DNA of 63,935 nt, filler included, from Octopus bimaculoides (GCF_001194135.2; 13 parts of 11 records of this genome joined end to end with filler, not necessarily neighbours in it), one strand, 5' to 3'. Counted from the whole stretch's first letter, positions 51,385 to 63,935 are shown. Notes: generated by a model not told the origin, from the letters alone. Numbers and translations: made by a program.

Positions 51385-51676
51385 TTCTCTCTCCCTCTCT
51401 ATCTCTCTCCTATTTCCCTTAGTTATAGGGCTCACTTTTGACCCATACCCTTAAAAGTTATGAGGCAATCATCAATAGTGCTGGTGTCATGGAAAAAGCA
51501 TCCAATCCACACTGCAAAATGGTTGGCCTTGGGAAGGGCGTCCAGACGGGTAGAAACCCTGCTCAAGAAGATATTGGAGCTCAGTGCTGTTTGCCAACTT
51601 GTCAGATTGTGTTGAACCACCTAACTTGTGCCAACAACATGGGGAGAGGGGATGAAGATTGTATGTGTGTGTGTAT

Positions 51677-54110
51677 CATCATCATCATTATCATTTAACG
51701 TCTGCTTTCTATGCAGGCATGGGTTGGACAATTTGATTGAGAACTGGCAGGCTGGAAGGCTCCACCAGGTTCCGATCTAATTTGGCAAGGTTTCAATGGC
51801 TGGATGCCCTTCATAATACTAACCACTCCAAGAGTGTAGTGGGTGGTTTTGCATGCCACCGGCACAGGTGTCATTGACTTGACACCAGCATCAGCCATGA
51901 CTACAATCTCATTTGGCTTGACAAGTCTACACAAGCACAGTGTATCACCAAAGGTCTTGGTCACCTGTCACTGCCTCCATGAGGCCCAACTCTTGAACGG
52001 TGCTTTTTATGTGCCACCAGCATGGTGCCAGTCAGACGGCACTGGCAACATCCATAACTATGACTCCACTCAGTTCAACAGGTCATCATAAACACAGCAT
52101 ATCACCCAACGATTGAAGGGTGCTTTTAACAGGCCAGTTACGTAACACTGGCATTGGCCACAACTATGATCTCACTTGGTTTGACAGGTCTTCTCAGGCA
52201 CAGCATATCTCCAAAGGTCTTGTTCACTTGTCATTGCCTCTGTGAGGCCCAACATTCAAAGGTCGTGCTTCACCACCTCATCCCAAGTCTTCCTTGGTCA
52301 ATCTTTTCTACAGGTTCCCTCCACTGTTAGGGTGTGACACTTCTTCACACAACTGTTCTCATCCATACGCATTACATGACCACACCAGCACAGTCGTCTC
52401 CCTTCCACACCACGTCTGATGCTTCTTATGTCCAACTTTTCTCTCAGGGCACTTACACTCTATCATTCATGCACACTGACATTACACATCCAGCAGAGCA
52501 TACTAGCTTCATTTCTTACAAGCCTACACATGTCCTCAGCAGTCACAGCCCATGTTTCACTGCCATGTTATATGGCTGTTCACACAAGCATCATACAGTC
52601 TGCCTTTCATTCTAAGCGAGAAGCCATTTGTTACCAGCAGTGGTAGGGGCTCTCTGATCTTTGCCCAGCCTATTCTTATTCTAGCAGCTACGTTCTCAGA
52701 GCATCCACCCCACCCTACTGACTTGGCTACCTAGGTAACGGAAGCTATCGCCTGTTTCTAGTTTTCCCCCTTGCATGTGATGGTATCTGTTTTCTGTACA
52801 TTTTTTGTGTTTATTTTACCTGTACACCTTCCACACACAAAAGCTATCTTCCCTGTTAACCTTCCTCTGATATTGCTGCACCTCTTATGCATCCATGGCT
52901 TACACCAGGTACATCTTATGGAGTTTCTACTTATGCCATTTCTACAGATTGATTAGGACCATCTACTTGAAGGGATTTATGATTTGTCTATCTTCCTACT
53001 TACTAGGACTTTGGTTTTTGTTAGTTTAACTCTAAGGCTCTTTCAATTCTAGACCTCGCTTCCACACCTGAAACTTCTCTCTAGTTCTGGTAGGGATTCA
53101 GGCCATCAGCATAGAGGAGCTTCCAGGGGCAGCCTATCTTGAATTCCTCTGTTATTGCCTGGAGGTCTATGATGAACAAGAGGGGGCTGAGGACTGATCC
53201 TTGGTGAACCTTTACTTGTACCCTGAATTATTCGCTGTACATGTCTCACCAACCACTCATCTATCACTAGTTTCCACATTGACTACCAGATAATGGATCT
53301 GTCAAAGACTTTCTCCATGTCAACGAAAGCCAGGTACAGAGGTTTATCTTTGGCTAGGTATTTCTCCTGCAGCTGTCTTACCAGAAATATAGCATCAGTG
53401 GTGCTTTTCCCTGGAACAAACCCAAACTGCATCTCATCTAAACTGACTCTCTCCCTAATTAGTTGGGCTATGACCTTCTCCGTGACTTTCATTACCTTAT
53501 CTAAAAGCTTGTTACCTCTAATTATTTGTATCTAAAGCGTCACCTTTACCTTTGTAGCAGTTGACTATGGTGCTGCTACACCAGTCATTGGGTATCACTC
53601 CTTCGTATATCACCTGGTTAACAATACGGGTGACTAGGCTGTAGCCAACACTGCCAGATATCTTAAGCATCTCAGTGGTGATTCCTGATGAACCCTGTCT
53701 TCATATCCTTAATTGCTTTATCTACCAAAGTACTGTCAATTCGAATAGCTGGTCCCTCTGTTGGGTTGGTATTCGGCAGACTCTCTTTCTCCCATTCAGT
53801 CTCTTCATTTAGCAACCTTTCATAGTGGCATCTCCAAGTCTCTCTCCTTGCAGTCTCGTTAAATGCAAGTGAGCCATCATCCATGCAGACACATTTCTCT
53901 CCTATGACATGGCGATTTTCTAATGCAAAGTATTGGCAAATCTCTTCTTTTCTGCTTCCCCTCTGGCTAAGTAAAACTGTCTCCTAGCTTCCCTTTTGGC
54001 TATCTGGTACAGTTCCCTGCTACCACCACACTTCCAAGCCTGTTTCTTTTCCCTAATGGCTCTGCCAACTACATTGTTCCACCACCATGTCGCCTTAGGT
54101 CAAGAAGGGA
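51677..54110 (-). mobile_element. Decayed 5'-truncated RTE LINE (RT domain plus 3' UTR and (ATG)n tail)
   Basis: WWNNVV, WRCHYERLLNEE, QFGFVPGKSTTDAIFLVRQLQEK, LYLAFVDMEKVFD, QGSVLSPLLF, LLYADGL, GKTWDEVVKHDL. Confidence 0.9.
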
Positions 54111-54129
54111 CTTATATATATATATATAT

Positions 54130-54520
54130 ATTTATTCTTTCACTTCTTTCAGTCATTTGACTGTGGTCATGCTGGAGCACTGCCCTTGGTCAAGCAAATT
54201 GACTCCAGGACTTATTCTTTGTAAGTGTAGTACTTATTCTATCAGTCTCTTTTGCCAAACCACTAAGTTACGGGAATGTAAACACACCACCATCGGTTGT
54301 CAAGCGATGTTGGAGGGGGGGGGGACAAACACAAACACACAAACATACATATATATATGTGACAGGCTTCTTTCAGTTTCTGTCTATCAAATCCACTCAC
54401 AAGGCTTTGGTCAGTCCAAGGCTATAGTAGAAGACACTCATCCAAGGTGCCATGCAGTGGGACTGAACCCAGAGCCATGTGGTTAGTAAGCAAGCTACTG
54501 ACCACACAGCCACTCCTGCA
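54130..54520 (-). mobile_element. SINE family A
   Basis: Reverse complement of the family A head and body. Confidence 0.9.
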
Positions 54521-55601
54521 CTTGTATATATGTATCTATTATTTATTCCCCCGCTTCAACGTTGAGATGTTCTGTTAGAACAAATCATACTGTCGTAGAT
54601 AGCATGAGAAAAACTCTCAGATTGGCTTTTGGTGCAAAATGCATCCATTTTATATCGACCTTCCTTAGTCTCATCAATGATGAACATTCGATTGCTAGAA
54701 ACAGCAGCAACTACCCCTCGGCCAGCAATATAGAGATTGACAGTGCCAAAACAGTTTCTATTCTTTTACCTTTTCTCTTTTATTTGTTTCACTCATTGAA
54801 CTGCAGCCATGGTGGGGCAGCACCTTACCATGAACGATAACGAGCTTCCTCAGTCTCCCATATGAGAAGCTGGGACACTGGATACTTACCACTTTGTGTG
54901 TGTGTATGTGTGTGCGTGCGTGAGTGCATGTAAATGTAAGCCAATGTATGTATGTTTATAGATAGATTTGTGTTTATATTACTGAGCATGGTTTTATACG
55001 AATACATTTGTATGTAATCTTGTACATACATGTTAACATCTATCTATCTGTATATATATATATATATGAATACACACACACGCACACAGAGGAAAATTAA
55101 CTTCCTAATTTTGTACTAGTTGTGAGTTTCTGTCTATGCCACTCCTTTCAAAAATCCTCAGCCATAAAGACGATAAAATTTCACAAACAAAGTCTTCGTC
55201 TCCTGCTTTCACACTCATTATCCCGCCATTTCTTACTTCATTTACTCAAACCGTAAGTTTGTTTCCTCAGAAATATATTCCAATGCCTCGTTCGTCCACC
55301 CGTCTACAGACCCTCGCTATGACTCATGGAATTTACTTTTAAATTAATTCCTGTAAAACATTATTTCTTAGAAATAATGTTTTGTCCCATTAACAGTAAA
55401 GTGGGAGGAGATATGTTGCATGCATATTAACAGAGATATCAACGGCCATGACAACTAGATGACTTGGGGTTCAATCCCACTGCAGGACAGCTTGAGTAAG
55501 TCTCTTCTACTATAACCCCAGGCTGACCAAAGCCTCATGAATGGGTTTGGTAGGCAGAAACTGAAAAAAAAATATATCATGTATATGTATTTATTTGTAT
55601 T

Positions 55602-55648
<47 letters not shown>

Positions 55649-56769
55649 CTGGTCAATGAATGTGATCATCATCATCATCGTTTAACGGCTGTTGATGATG
55701 ATGATGATGATCACATCATTGACCAGACTGTTGTGTTATACATTGTTGGGGTCATGATGCACTTCACATTATTTTAGCTTTCAAATGATGCCACCCTGCC
55801 GTCGAGGCAAGGGGGCCAACATTGCCCCTGGCTGGAAGACCTGTTTCTTTTTAGGGTGGTACCCGTTTACAGCTGAGTGGACTGGAACAATGTGAAATGA
55901 AGTGTTTTGTTCAAGAACACAACATGCTGCTCAGTACAAGAATCAAACCCATAATCTAGTGACCATGAGTACAACACCCTAGCCACTGGACCATGCACCT
56001 TCATATATCTGTATGTATGTATGTATGTGTGTGTGTGTGTGTTTGTGTCTCCTTCCCTTGACATTACATAATAATTGTAAACGAGTGTCACCATCATACA
56101 AGTGGTGTCATTCATTTCCAATCCTCTGTGAAAAACATGTCTAACCATCAAAAGATATGATCTTACTCGGAAACAGTTGAGGGTTGGCAATAGAAGGGCA
56201 TCTGGTCAGATGGAATCTAGCCAGGCTAGTGGTGAGTTAAAATGCACACTTGAAAGAGCCTTAGATTTAAAAAACAAAAAAACTGTGTATAATATTTATA
56301 ATGTGCAAATGGCACTAACTGTAATATTTAGTCTCAGAGAGAGACTTGCATTCTGGTGCCATGAGTAAAACACACTTTGTAGAGCATTCGTAGCTGGGAA
56401 GGACAAGAAGACATTAGAAACTTTATCAAACCAGATATTGCAGCCTGACCTATGACCTGGTTGTTGGACTCATAGGATCCTATCAAACTGTCCCATCCAC
56501 CATTGAATATTCAATGGTGGTGGTGCTGCTGCTGCTGCTGGTGAGGTTGATGATGATGATGATGATGAAAGAATGTCCTTCATGCAAAATAATGTTTCCT
56601 CTGACTGTTTTGAAATTGTCTATTGGAATCCAAATGTTCTAAGGGCCATTTTTTAAGATTTACAGTGAGAATTGAAACAGAGATAATGAAAGGGTTTAAT
56701 CGTTAATTCCATTGTTTTTAATTGCTCACTGCCCTCAAGTGTGCCATAATAGTAAGGAATAATTATTAT

Positions 56770-57185
56770 TTCTTATTTGGCACAGAGCCAGTCATTTTGA
56801 GGGGAGGGGCAAGTCAATTACATCAACCCCAGTGCTCAACTGGCACTTTTTTTTTTATCAACTTCTCCTGAAAGATGAAAAGTAAAGTTGACCTCACTGG
56901 AATTGGAACCACAATGAGCCAAAAGAAACAGCACTAAAGCATTTTTCCCAGCAACATAACGCTTCTGCCAGCTTGCCTCGTTAGGCATAAGACCAGCAAT
57001 TTTAAGGGGGGAAGGGGTGTCAGTTCATTATTTTGACAACCCAGTAATTGACTAGTACTTTGTTTTATTGACCCTGGAGGGAGGAAAAGTAAAACTGGCT
57101 TTGGTAGGATTTGAACTCAGAACATAAAGATCTGGAATAAATACCATAAGACATTTGTTTCCAATGCTCAGCCTGTTCTGCCACC
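56770..57185 (-). mobile_element. Two old SINE family B copies
   Basis: Diverged family B bodies in tandem. Confidence 0.7.
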
Positions 57186-57542
57186 TGAAGTCTTTTCTTC
57201 GATCAGTGACCTTGTTTACAGGTCATTGACCTCATATTAATATCAATAATGTAATGTTATCCATCAGTTTACTGGTGACTCTGATCTCAGGTGATATCGA
57301 TCACATTACTCACTATTTAACCTGCAGTTCTGACTCGTTCTACTCCACTATTATCAAAGAAACAACTAAAAGTGTGATTTTTTTAATCTTATGTTTTTAT
57401 TGAACGTTTCTATTTTATTTTTGTCCACTTTGATATTTGACGAGAATAAACATGTTGAATAAAACTGTTCTGTAATTTATAAACTCAACTGGCCATACCC
57501 ATGACATCTAAAAATGCAGGTTATACATCTAAACAACATGGG

Positions 57543-57582
<40 letters not shown>

Positions 57583-58537
57583 NNNNNNNNNNNNNNNNNN
57601 NNNNNNNNNNNNNNNNNNNNNNNNNNTTAATTAATTAANNNNNNNNNNNNNNNNNNNNNNNNNNNNNNNNNNNNNNNNNNNNTCAAACTCTGTTTAAGGA
57701 GTAGACAACCACCACCATATATATATATATATGAAAAATGATGCTGAGTGAAATAAAGCGCTTTGCCTTACTCCTCATATCACGTAGAACTAACGTACAT
57801 ATTGTTATCTTAATCAAAGAATAGTCAAAATACTACACAAATACCAAAGATATGCTGGAGTAGCCTATATAATACAAGTGATATATAATCATATGCATGT
57901 ATACGCACATATATGTACGTACCTACATCTACATCTACGTGGTCGATAGATTAAATTCGAGGGAATCACTGGGGTCGATATAAGAGACTAGTCACCTCCC
58001 CCAAAACTTCAGGCCTTTTGCGTCCAGTAGACGGGATATCATTATTGGTATTATAACTGTAATTGTCTTCGTTGCTACTGCTATTGTTTTACTCGTCCTT
58101 TCAACGTTGACACTGAACAATATTTGAAAGCATTCCAGTTTTTATAAACCCGTCATTTCCTAGAAAGCATGTCATGCCAAAGAACACATGGCTGCTCTTT
58201 TTAGCAGATAAATTGACTCTCAGAGAACCCAATGTTTTGACGATAGAGTTCCTATATTGAGCACTGGCAGCAATACATCATTATGTGCTATTACAAAAAT
58301 AGTAGCAGCCTTAACCTTTCGAAGTAGCTGAATCTAAAATATCGCGAAGCATCTAGAATTCTCTTATATAATGAAGCTACTGTAGAAATAATTATAATGC
58401 TAATCATTATATTATTTCATTACTTTTGATAAAATACTTCCATTCATCTGCGAAAGACATTGATATAGTTGTAAGTGGAATAAGTAGTTTGAGGGAGGTA
58501 GGTGTAGGGTCATTAATGATACCGCCAACAAGTAATG

Positions 58538-58614
<77 letters not shown>

Positions 58615-58615
58615 G

Positions 58616-58671
<56 letters not shown>

Positions 58672-58813
58672 GATAACAATAATAATAAAAATANNNNNNN
58701 NNNNNNNNNNNNNNNNNNNNNNNNNNNNNNNNNNNNNTTAATTAATTAANNNNNNNNNNNNNNNNNNNNNNNNNNNNNNNNNNNNNNNNNNNNATCCATC
58801 ATTTATTCCCGAA

Positions 58814-58917
58814 ATATATATTTTTATTTATATAAGGGCATCACTATACAATTCGAGTCCCTCATAACGTGAGGCATTATTGTATAGTGATGCCCTTATA
58901 TAATTAAAAATATATAT
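58814..58917. repeat. 39-bp-arm hairpin with a 26-nt loop
   Basis: One mismatch in 39 bp; the loop contains cctca/tgagg. Confidence 0.95.
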
Positions 58918-59120
58918 ATAAATTTAATTAGAGGTTGTGTTAACCTCATGAAGAGACGGTTTCATCCAAAGAAATGCTGGTTCAAAACCCAGTATTTTGG
59001 GGGAATTAATTTCCTTAAAATAATAGGTATATATGTAAAAATATTTAGTTTATATTCATTTAAAAGTCTGCTATAATTAATTCATAAACACACATAAAAA
59101 CATCCAAGGGTATATATTAT

Positions 59121-59203
59121 TTTCCTCTGAAGATATTATATTCAGATCATATGAATATAAATTTAATATTTACTGAGTATTAACTGAAATAGCTGTAAGT
59201 GAA
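59121..59203 (+). ncRNA. Type I hammerhead ribozyme, partly degenerate
   Basis: uuuccu CUGAAGA ...branched helix II (uuauauuca/ugaauauaa; uuaaua/uauuaa)... GAAA UAGCUG UA agugaa. One mismatch each in helix I and basal helix II. Confidence 0.65.
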
Positions 59204-59547
59204 GATGATTAATTTGCTGTTAATAAACAATTATTAACTTCCCCAATCTCCAGGAATGACCTCTGGGATAAGCAACAATAAGGACACATTAGATAATGTA
59301 GTCCTAGATACACTATGCCTCAATCAAAAACAGGATGGCCACAGGTGGAACATCTTTGATCATAGGTCTACTGGATCGAGACTGACCTGGGGCTAAACAA
59401 TGTAAGGACACATTAGATCAGCGGTCCTCCACCAGGGTCCATTTAACTCTTGGGGCTCCATTTTAGATTTTGTTAAAGGTTTTATGTGAAATAAATTCAT
59501 TATAACTCGAGAGTACTCAAAATGTTTTAGCAAATTTTTTTTGTATA

Positions 59548-59710
59548 GGCACAAGCGTGGCTATGCGATAAGAAATTTGCTTCACAATCACATGGTTCCG
59601 GGTTCAATCCCACCGCGTGGGTCCTTGAGCAAGTGTCTTTTATTATAGCCTCGGGCCGACCAAAGCCTTGTGAGTGGATTTGGTAGACGGAAACTGAATG
59701 AAGCTTGTCA
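59548..59710 (+). mobile_element. SINE family A
   Basis: Family A head and body. Confidence 0.9.
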
Positions 59711-60321
59711 TGCATATATATATATATATGTGTGTGTGAGTGTGTGTGTGTGTNNNNNNNNNNNNNNNNNNNNNNNNNNNNNNNNNNNNNNNNNNNNNNN
59801 NNNNNNNNNNNNNNNNNNNNNNNNNNNNNNNNNNNNNNNNNNNNNNNNNNNNNNNNNNNNNNNNNNNNNNNNNNNNNNNNNNNNNNNNNNNNNNNNNNNN
59901 NNNNNNNNNNNNNNNNNNNNNNNNNNNNNNNNNNNNNNNNNNNNNNNNNNNNNNNNNNNNNNNNNNNNNNNNNNNNNNNNNNNNNNNNNNNNNNNNNNNN
60001 NNNNNNNNNNNNNNNNNNNNNNNNNNNNNNNNNNNNNNNNNNNNNNNNNNNNNNNNNNNNNNNNNNNNNNNNNNNNNNNNNNNNNNNNNNNNNNNNNNNN
60101 NNNNNNNNNNNNNNNNNNNNNNNNNNNNNNNNNNNNNNNNNNNNNNNNNNNNNNNNNNNNNNNNNNNNNNNNNNNNNNNNNNNNNNNNNNNNNNNNNNNN
60201 NNNNNNNNNNNNNNNNNNNNNNNNNNNNNNNNNNNNNNNNNNNNNNNNNNNNNNNNNNNNNNNNNNNNNNNNNNNNNNNNNNNNNNNNNNNNNNNNNNNN
60301 NNNNNNNNNNNNNNNNNNNNN

Positions 60322-60670
60322 CGGGTAGCGATAAAGGGAGAAAGATTTAACGAAACATTGGTCATCCTTACACCCAAAATAGTGGAGAACATTGCGTCAG
60401 AATGGATTCTGCTAAAGGTCACCAGGGGTCCGGGTCGCTTTTTAGAACAGGGTGGGGACGAGCGATTGAGTGGGGTTCTCCACGACGAGAGCTGTCCACT
60501 CGGGGTGGGAGGCGGTGGGGCTTCCATGTGAGCGGATTTGGAATGACAGTGTGCGGAAGTTGATTGTGTGGCATATACGGGTATGTGATTACAAAGGGCC
60601 ACCCGTATTATGCACCGAGTCACGTTGATTTGATTTGATTAAGGGAACGGGTATTTGCGGAGCGCTCAAC
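60322..60670 (-). mobile_element. Possible 5' end and ORF1 start of an I-group LINE
   Basis: GC-rich island; minus translation ...KKRPGPLVTFSRIHSDAMFSTILGVRMTNVSLNLSPFIAT resembles the LSPF motif of I/Loa/Nimb ORF1; cut by a gap. Confidence 0.4.
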
Positions 60671-60791
60671 CACTTCAGCTTAAAACAGAATGTAAAGCTA
60701 TATATACACATATTATACATGCACACATGTATATACACATATGTATACATACATGCACATTTGTATACATACAGAAACACATACGAACACA

Positions 60792-60849
<58 letters not shown>

Positions 60850-61167
60850 CATACGTAAACACACACCTACATACATGCACATATACATATGGATATATAC
60901 ATTAACTCGTACACATGCATATATACATATGCATATACACATCTACATACATGCATACAAGCATATACATATTTGTATACATACAGCAGCATACGTACAC
61001 ATGCATATACATTTATGTATGGATACAGAAACACACATCTACATACATACATACATACATACATACANNNNNNNNNNNNNNNNNNNNNNNNNNNNNNNNN
61101 NNNNNNNNNNNTTAATTAATTAANNNNNNNNNNNNNNNNNNNNNNNNNNNNNNNNNNNNNNNNNNNN

Positions 61168-61229
<62 letters not shown>

Positions 61230-61999
61230 TATATGAGTATAAAGGGTGGGTTGCATGCGAGGGCTTATCAAATGTAGAGGTAAAAAGAAACGTTTAGGTC
61301 ATCTTCCCCCGAATGCTGCACTGCATATTTTCCACTTTACGATTCTGCCAACCAAAAGATCTATATCGGTCAAAGTTGACCTTGTTTATTCAAGTGTAGT
61401 TGCAGGCCTTGGGAAGATATACTAGAGGAAGAATAGCAGTTGACTATACATGCAAATCTTCTTTCTCCGTGAAAATTATACGGAGAGACCTGAAAACTGT
61501 TCCATCGAGAACCTCCAGTGCATAGATAAGTCTAAAATATCTGCCAAAGTATCAAGATAAATCACAAAGCGTTTAGGTAAATATACTCAGCTTTAGTTAC
61601 GATAATGGATAACATACGCCGTTTGCATAAACCATGTGAAGGTAGAAAACTTGTGAAGGACTACATGCACCGAATGCAGTTCTAAGTGCTGCCACGTTGC
61701 TGATTAGGGCTAATAAAGCCTAGGGCCAATGTCGTTGCACGTTCTGACATCAGAACACAAAGAATGTGAAGAAACAGCCCAAGGTTTCTTCAGCCTGACC
61801 CTCTAACAGTTGTGTAGATCCATCACTTTGGATTTAGGAAAAAAAAAAAAAGAAAAGGGACGAAAGGCAAAGTTGACTACGATGTAAATTGGACGTAGAG
61901 TACAGAAATGAGGATAAATATTTTGAGGTGTTTTATCAAACGACTCTAACGACTCTACATATTCGCCATCTTACATACAGTCAGTACAACTTTATAGAA

Positions 62000-62310
62000 G
62001 AAGAAGACGATAACGAAGGAGAAGAAGAAGAAGAAGAAGAAGAAGAAGAAGAAGAAGAAGAAGAAGAAGAAGAAGAAGAAGAAGAAGAAGACGAAAGAGA
62101 AGGGGAAGAAAGAGATGGAAAGGACGAAAGAGGAGATAAACAAGAATAATAACAGGAAGGCGAAAGAGTAGAAGAAAATGAAAGGAAAGAAAGTAGAAGA
62201 GTAAAGAAGGGAGAGATGTAGAAGAAAATGTAAAGAAGAAAAAGAAAACGAAAAGGAAGACGTAGAAGACATAAAAGACAAAACATGTAAAAGATAAAGA
62301 AGAAGAAAAA
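62000..62310. repeat. (GAA)n and purine-rich tract
   Basis: About 20x GAA plus degenerate GA-rich sequence. Confidence 0.9.
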
Positions 62311-62693
62311 AAGAAGCAGCTTTAGTTTAGTCTCAACACACGATGTTTCATAAACATGCACCAGAGCAAAATAACAAAAAAAAACCTAAGATACAAATTT
62401 TATGGAGACAACAACAACAACGACAACACATACAACGATGAAGCAAAAGAAAACTAACAGGAAGAAAGAGTAGTAGTTACAGTACAAACATTATTATGAA
62501 CAGGAATAGATATACTGGAAATATCGTGGCATGTATTGAATAGAGCAGAGTGGAAGGAATTAGAAAGTAATATAAAGTATTGTTACTGGCTTTGGTATTA
62601 GAAAAAAGCAGCGTGAAGTGTCTAGTGAAACCATTCGCCAAGTTAATTCACTGGGAGGCAGATTATACGTACGTACGTACGTACGTACGTACA

Positions 62694-62727
<34 letters not shown>

Positions 62728-62786
62728 CAGACATACATACAGACAGACATACGTACATACAGACATACGTACATATATTCATAGAC

Positions 62787-62822
<36 letters not shown>

Positions 62823-62922
62823 NNNNNNNNNNNNNNNNNNNNNNNNNNNNNNNNNNNNNNNNNNNNTTAATTAATTAANNNNNNNNNNNNNNNNNNNNNN
62901 NNNNNNNNNNNNNNNNNNNNNN

Positions 62923-62957
<35 letters not shown>

Positions 62958-63247
62958 CATACAGATATATGAGTATATATATGTATAGACATACAAATAT
63001 ATATGTACAGATATATCCACATGTGGACTGTTGGCGATTTTTTTCTCCATCTTCGTTTTCTCATGGACTTTCCTCTCCTGTTTTTGATGTAGAGCTTTAC
63101 TCAAAACTAAAACTACTTTTCTTACCTTCCCTGAGCATCTAATAATACTTTGCATATACTACCTCCTCACGTTGTTTTTCTTGTTGCATTTTTTCTTTGT
63201 TTTCTTGGATTATATATATATATATATGCAGATATAGATATATATAG

Positions 63248-63635
63248 AGTTCAATATTTAAAAAATGAGGAATTATGTATATTATTTACATTATTTACAT
63301 TTGACGGATATTTGTCCTCATCTTGTTTGTTGTTAACACAATGTTTCAGCTGATATACCCTCTAGCCTTCATCAGATGTCTTGGGGATATTTCGAACCTG
63401 GGTTCTCATTCCTAAGGTATTTTTCAATGTTGTTGTTATTATTATTATTATTTTTATTATTATTATTATTATTATTCAGGTCACCACCTGGAATCGAACT
63501 CAGAATCTTCGGGTTAGTAGCCTGTGCTCTTAACCACCACACCACACGGTGGTGGAGGGTATATCAGCCAAAACGTTGTGTTAACAACAAACAAAATGAG
63601 GACAAGTATCTGTCAAATGTAAATAAATAATGTAT
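63248..63635 (-). mobile_element. Composite: tRNA-like head, (AAT)n linker, HHR-bearing PLE-like tail, and an inverted tail copy upstream
   Basis: Minus-strand head at 63548-63477 (A-box TGGTGTGGTGG, B-box GAGTTCGATTCC); HHR at 63380-63335; 63553-63635 is an inverted copy of about 63283-63365. Confidence 0.7.
63335..63380 (-). ncRNA. Minimal hammerhead ribozyme
   Basis: gacau CUGAUGA a ggcu..agcu GAAA CA UU guguu. The inverted copy retains cagcc and ACGUU, implying an ancestral ACGU helix III. Confidence 0.65.
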
Positions 63636-63814
63636 ATATGTACATATATTTATATGTATGTGTATATATATATATAGTTTTAGGGAAAAGAACCAAGGTT
63701 CATGAACTCATCGATGAAAATCCACTGTCACATATAGAAAAATTAATAATTAAAAGCACAATAAATGAGTATAATATAATACAAAGTAAATATCATAAGA
63801 TAAAGATAATAAAA

Positions 63815-63931
63815 TGACTACACGTGTTTCATAACTAATTTTCAAATAGAAAGGAAATTTAAATCAATTAAATTCAATTAATATTATCGAAAATAAATTC
63901 TATTCAAAAATACAGCTAATCGTCAGGTACA
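63815..63931 (-). ncRNA. Type I hammerhead ribozyme
   Basis: uguac CUGACGA u uagcug...uaguua u GAAA CACGUG UA guca. 6-bp helix II base, perfect palindromic helix III, weak helix I. Confidence 0.7.
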
Positions 63932-63935
63932 AAGG

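Noticed and set aside
58407-58749. Poly-L/poly-N ORFs, and the poly-E/F ORFs at 61889-62361
   Set aside because: (AAT)n and (GAA)n microsatellites.
63477-63548. tRNA gene call for tRNA-like heads (here and in all SINEs)
   Set aside because: No complete acceptor stem or cloverleaf; embedded in repeat bodies.

Overview
AT-rich, repeat-dominated metazoan genomic DNA with many assembly gaps. The SINE families and gap style suggest a cephalopod, probably Octopus; this is an inference, not a database match. Gene content is sparse: two well-supported phase-0 coding exons of an unidentified + strand gene (2543-2650, 4166-4372), a TATA/CCAAT/double E-box promoter on the - strand pointing into a gap (about 49360-49533), and a few weak exon candidates. 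The rest is several tRNA-derived SINE families, decayed LINEs (Tx1/L1-type, CR1-group, RTE, R4/Dong, I-group ORF1), a Helitron remnant, MITEs (hAT, pogo/Tc2-like, mariner, piggyBac-like) and microsatellites. The most striking unannotated signal is a set of type I hammerhead ribozyme (HHR) motifs read by eye: seven with an intact CUGANGA...GAAA...UH core, two with one core substitution, and several relics. Most have a self-complementary helix III, as in the dimer-cleaving HHRs of Penelope-like element (PLE) termini, yet no PLE coding sequence is recognisable in the window. One HHR is joined to a tRNA-like Pol III head, and a 234-bp palindrome is centred exactly on the HHR helix III motif ACAGCTGT. 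No folding, search or cleavage assay was run, and SINE/LINE boundaries are approximate.
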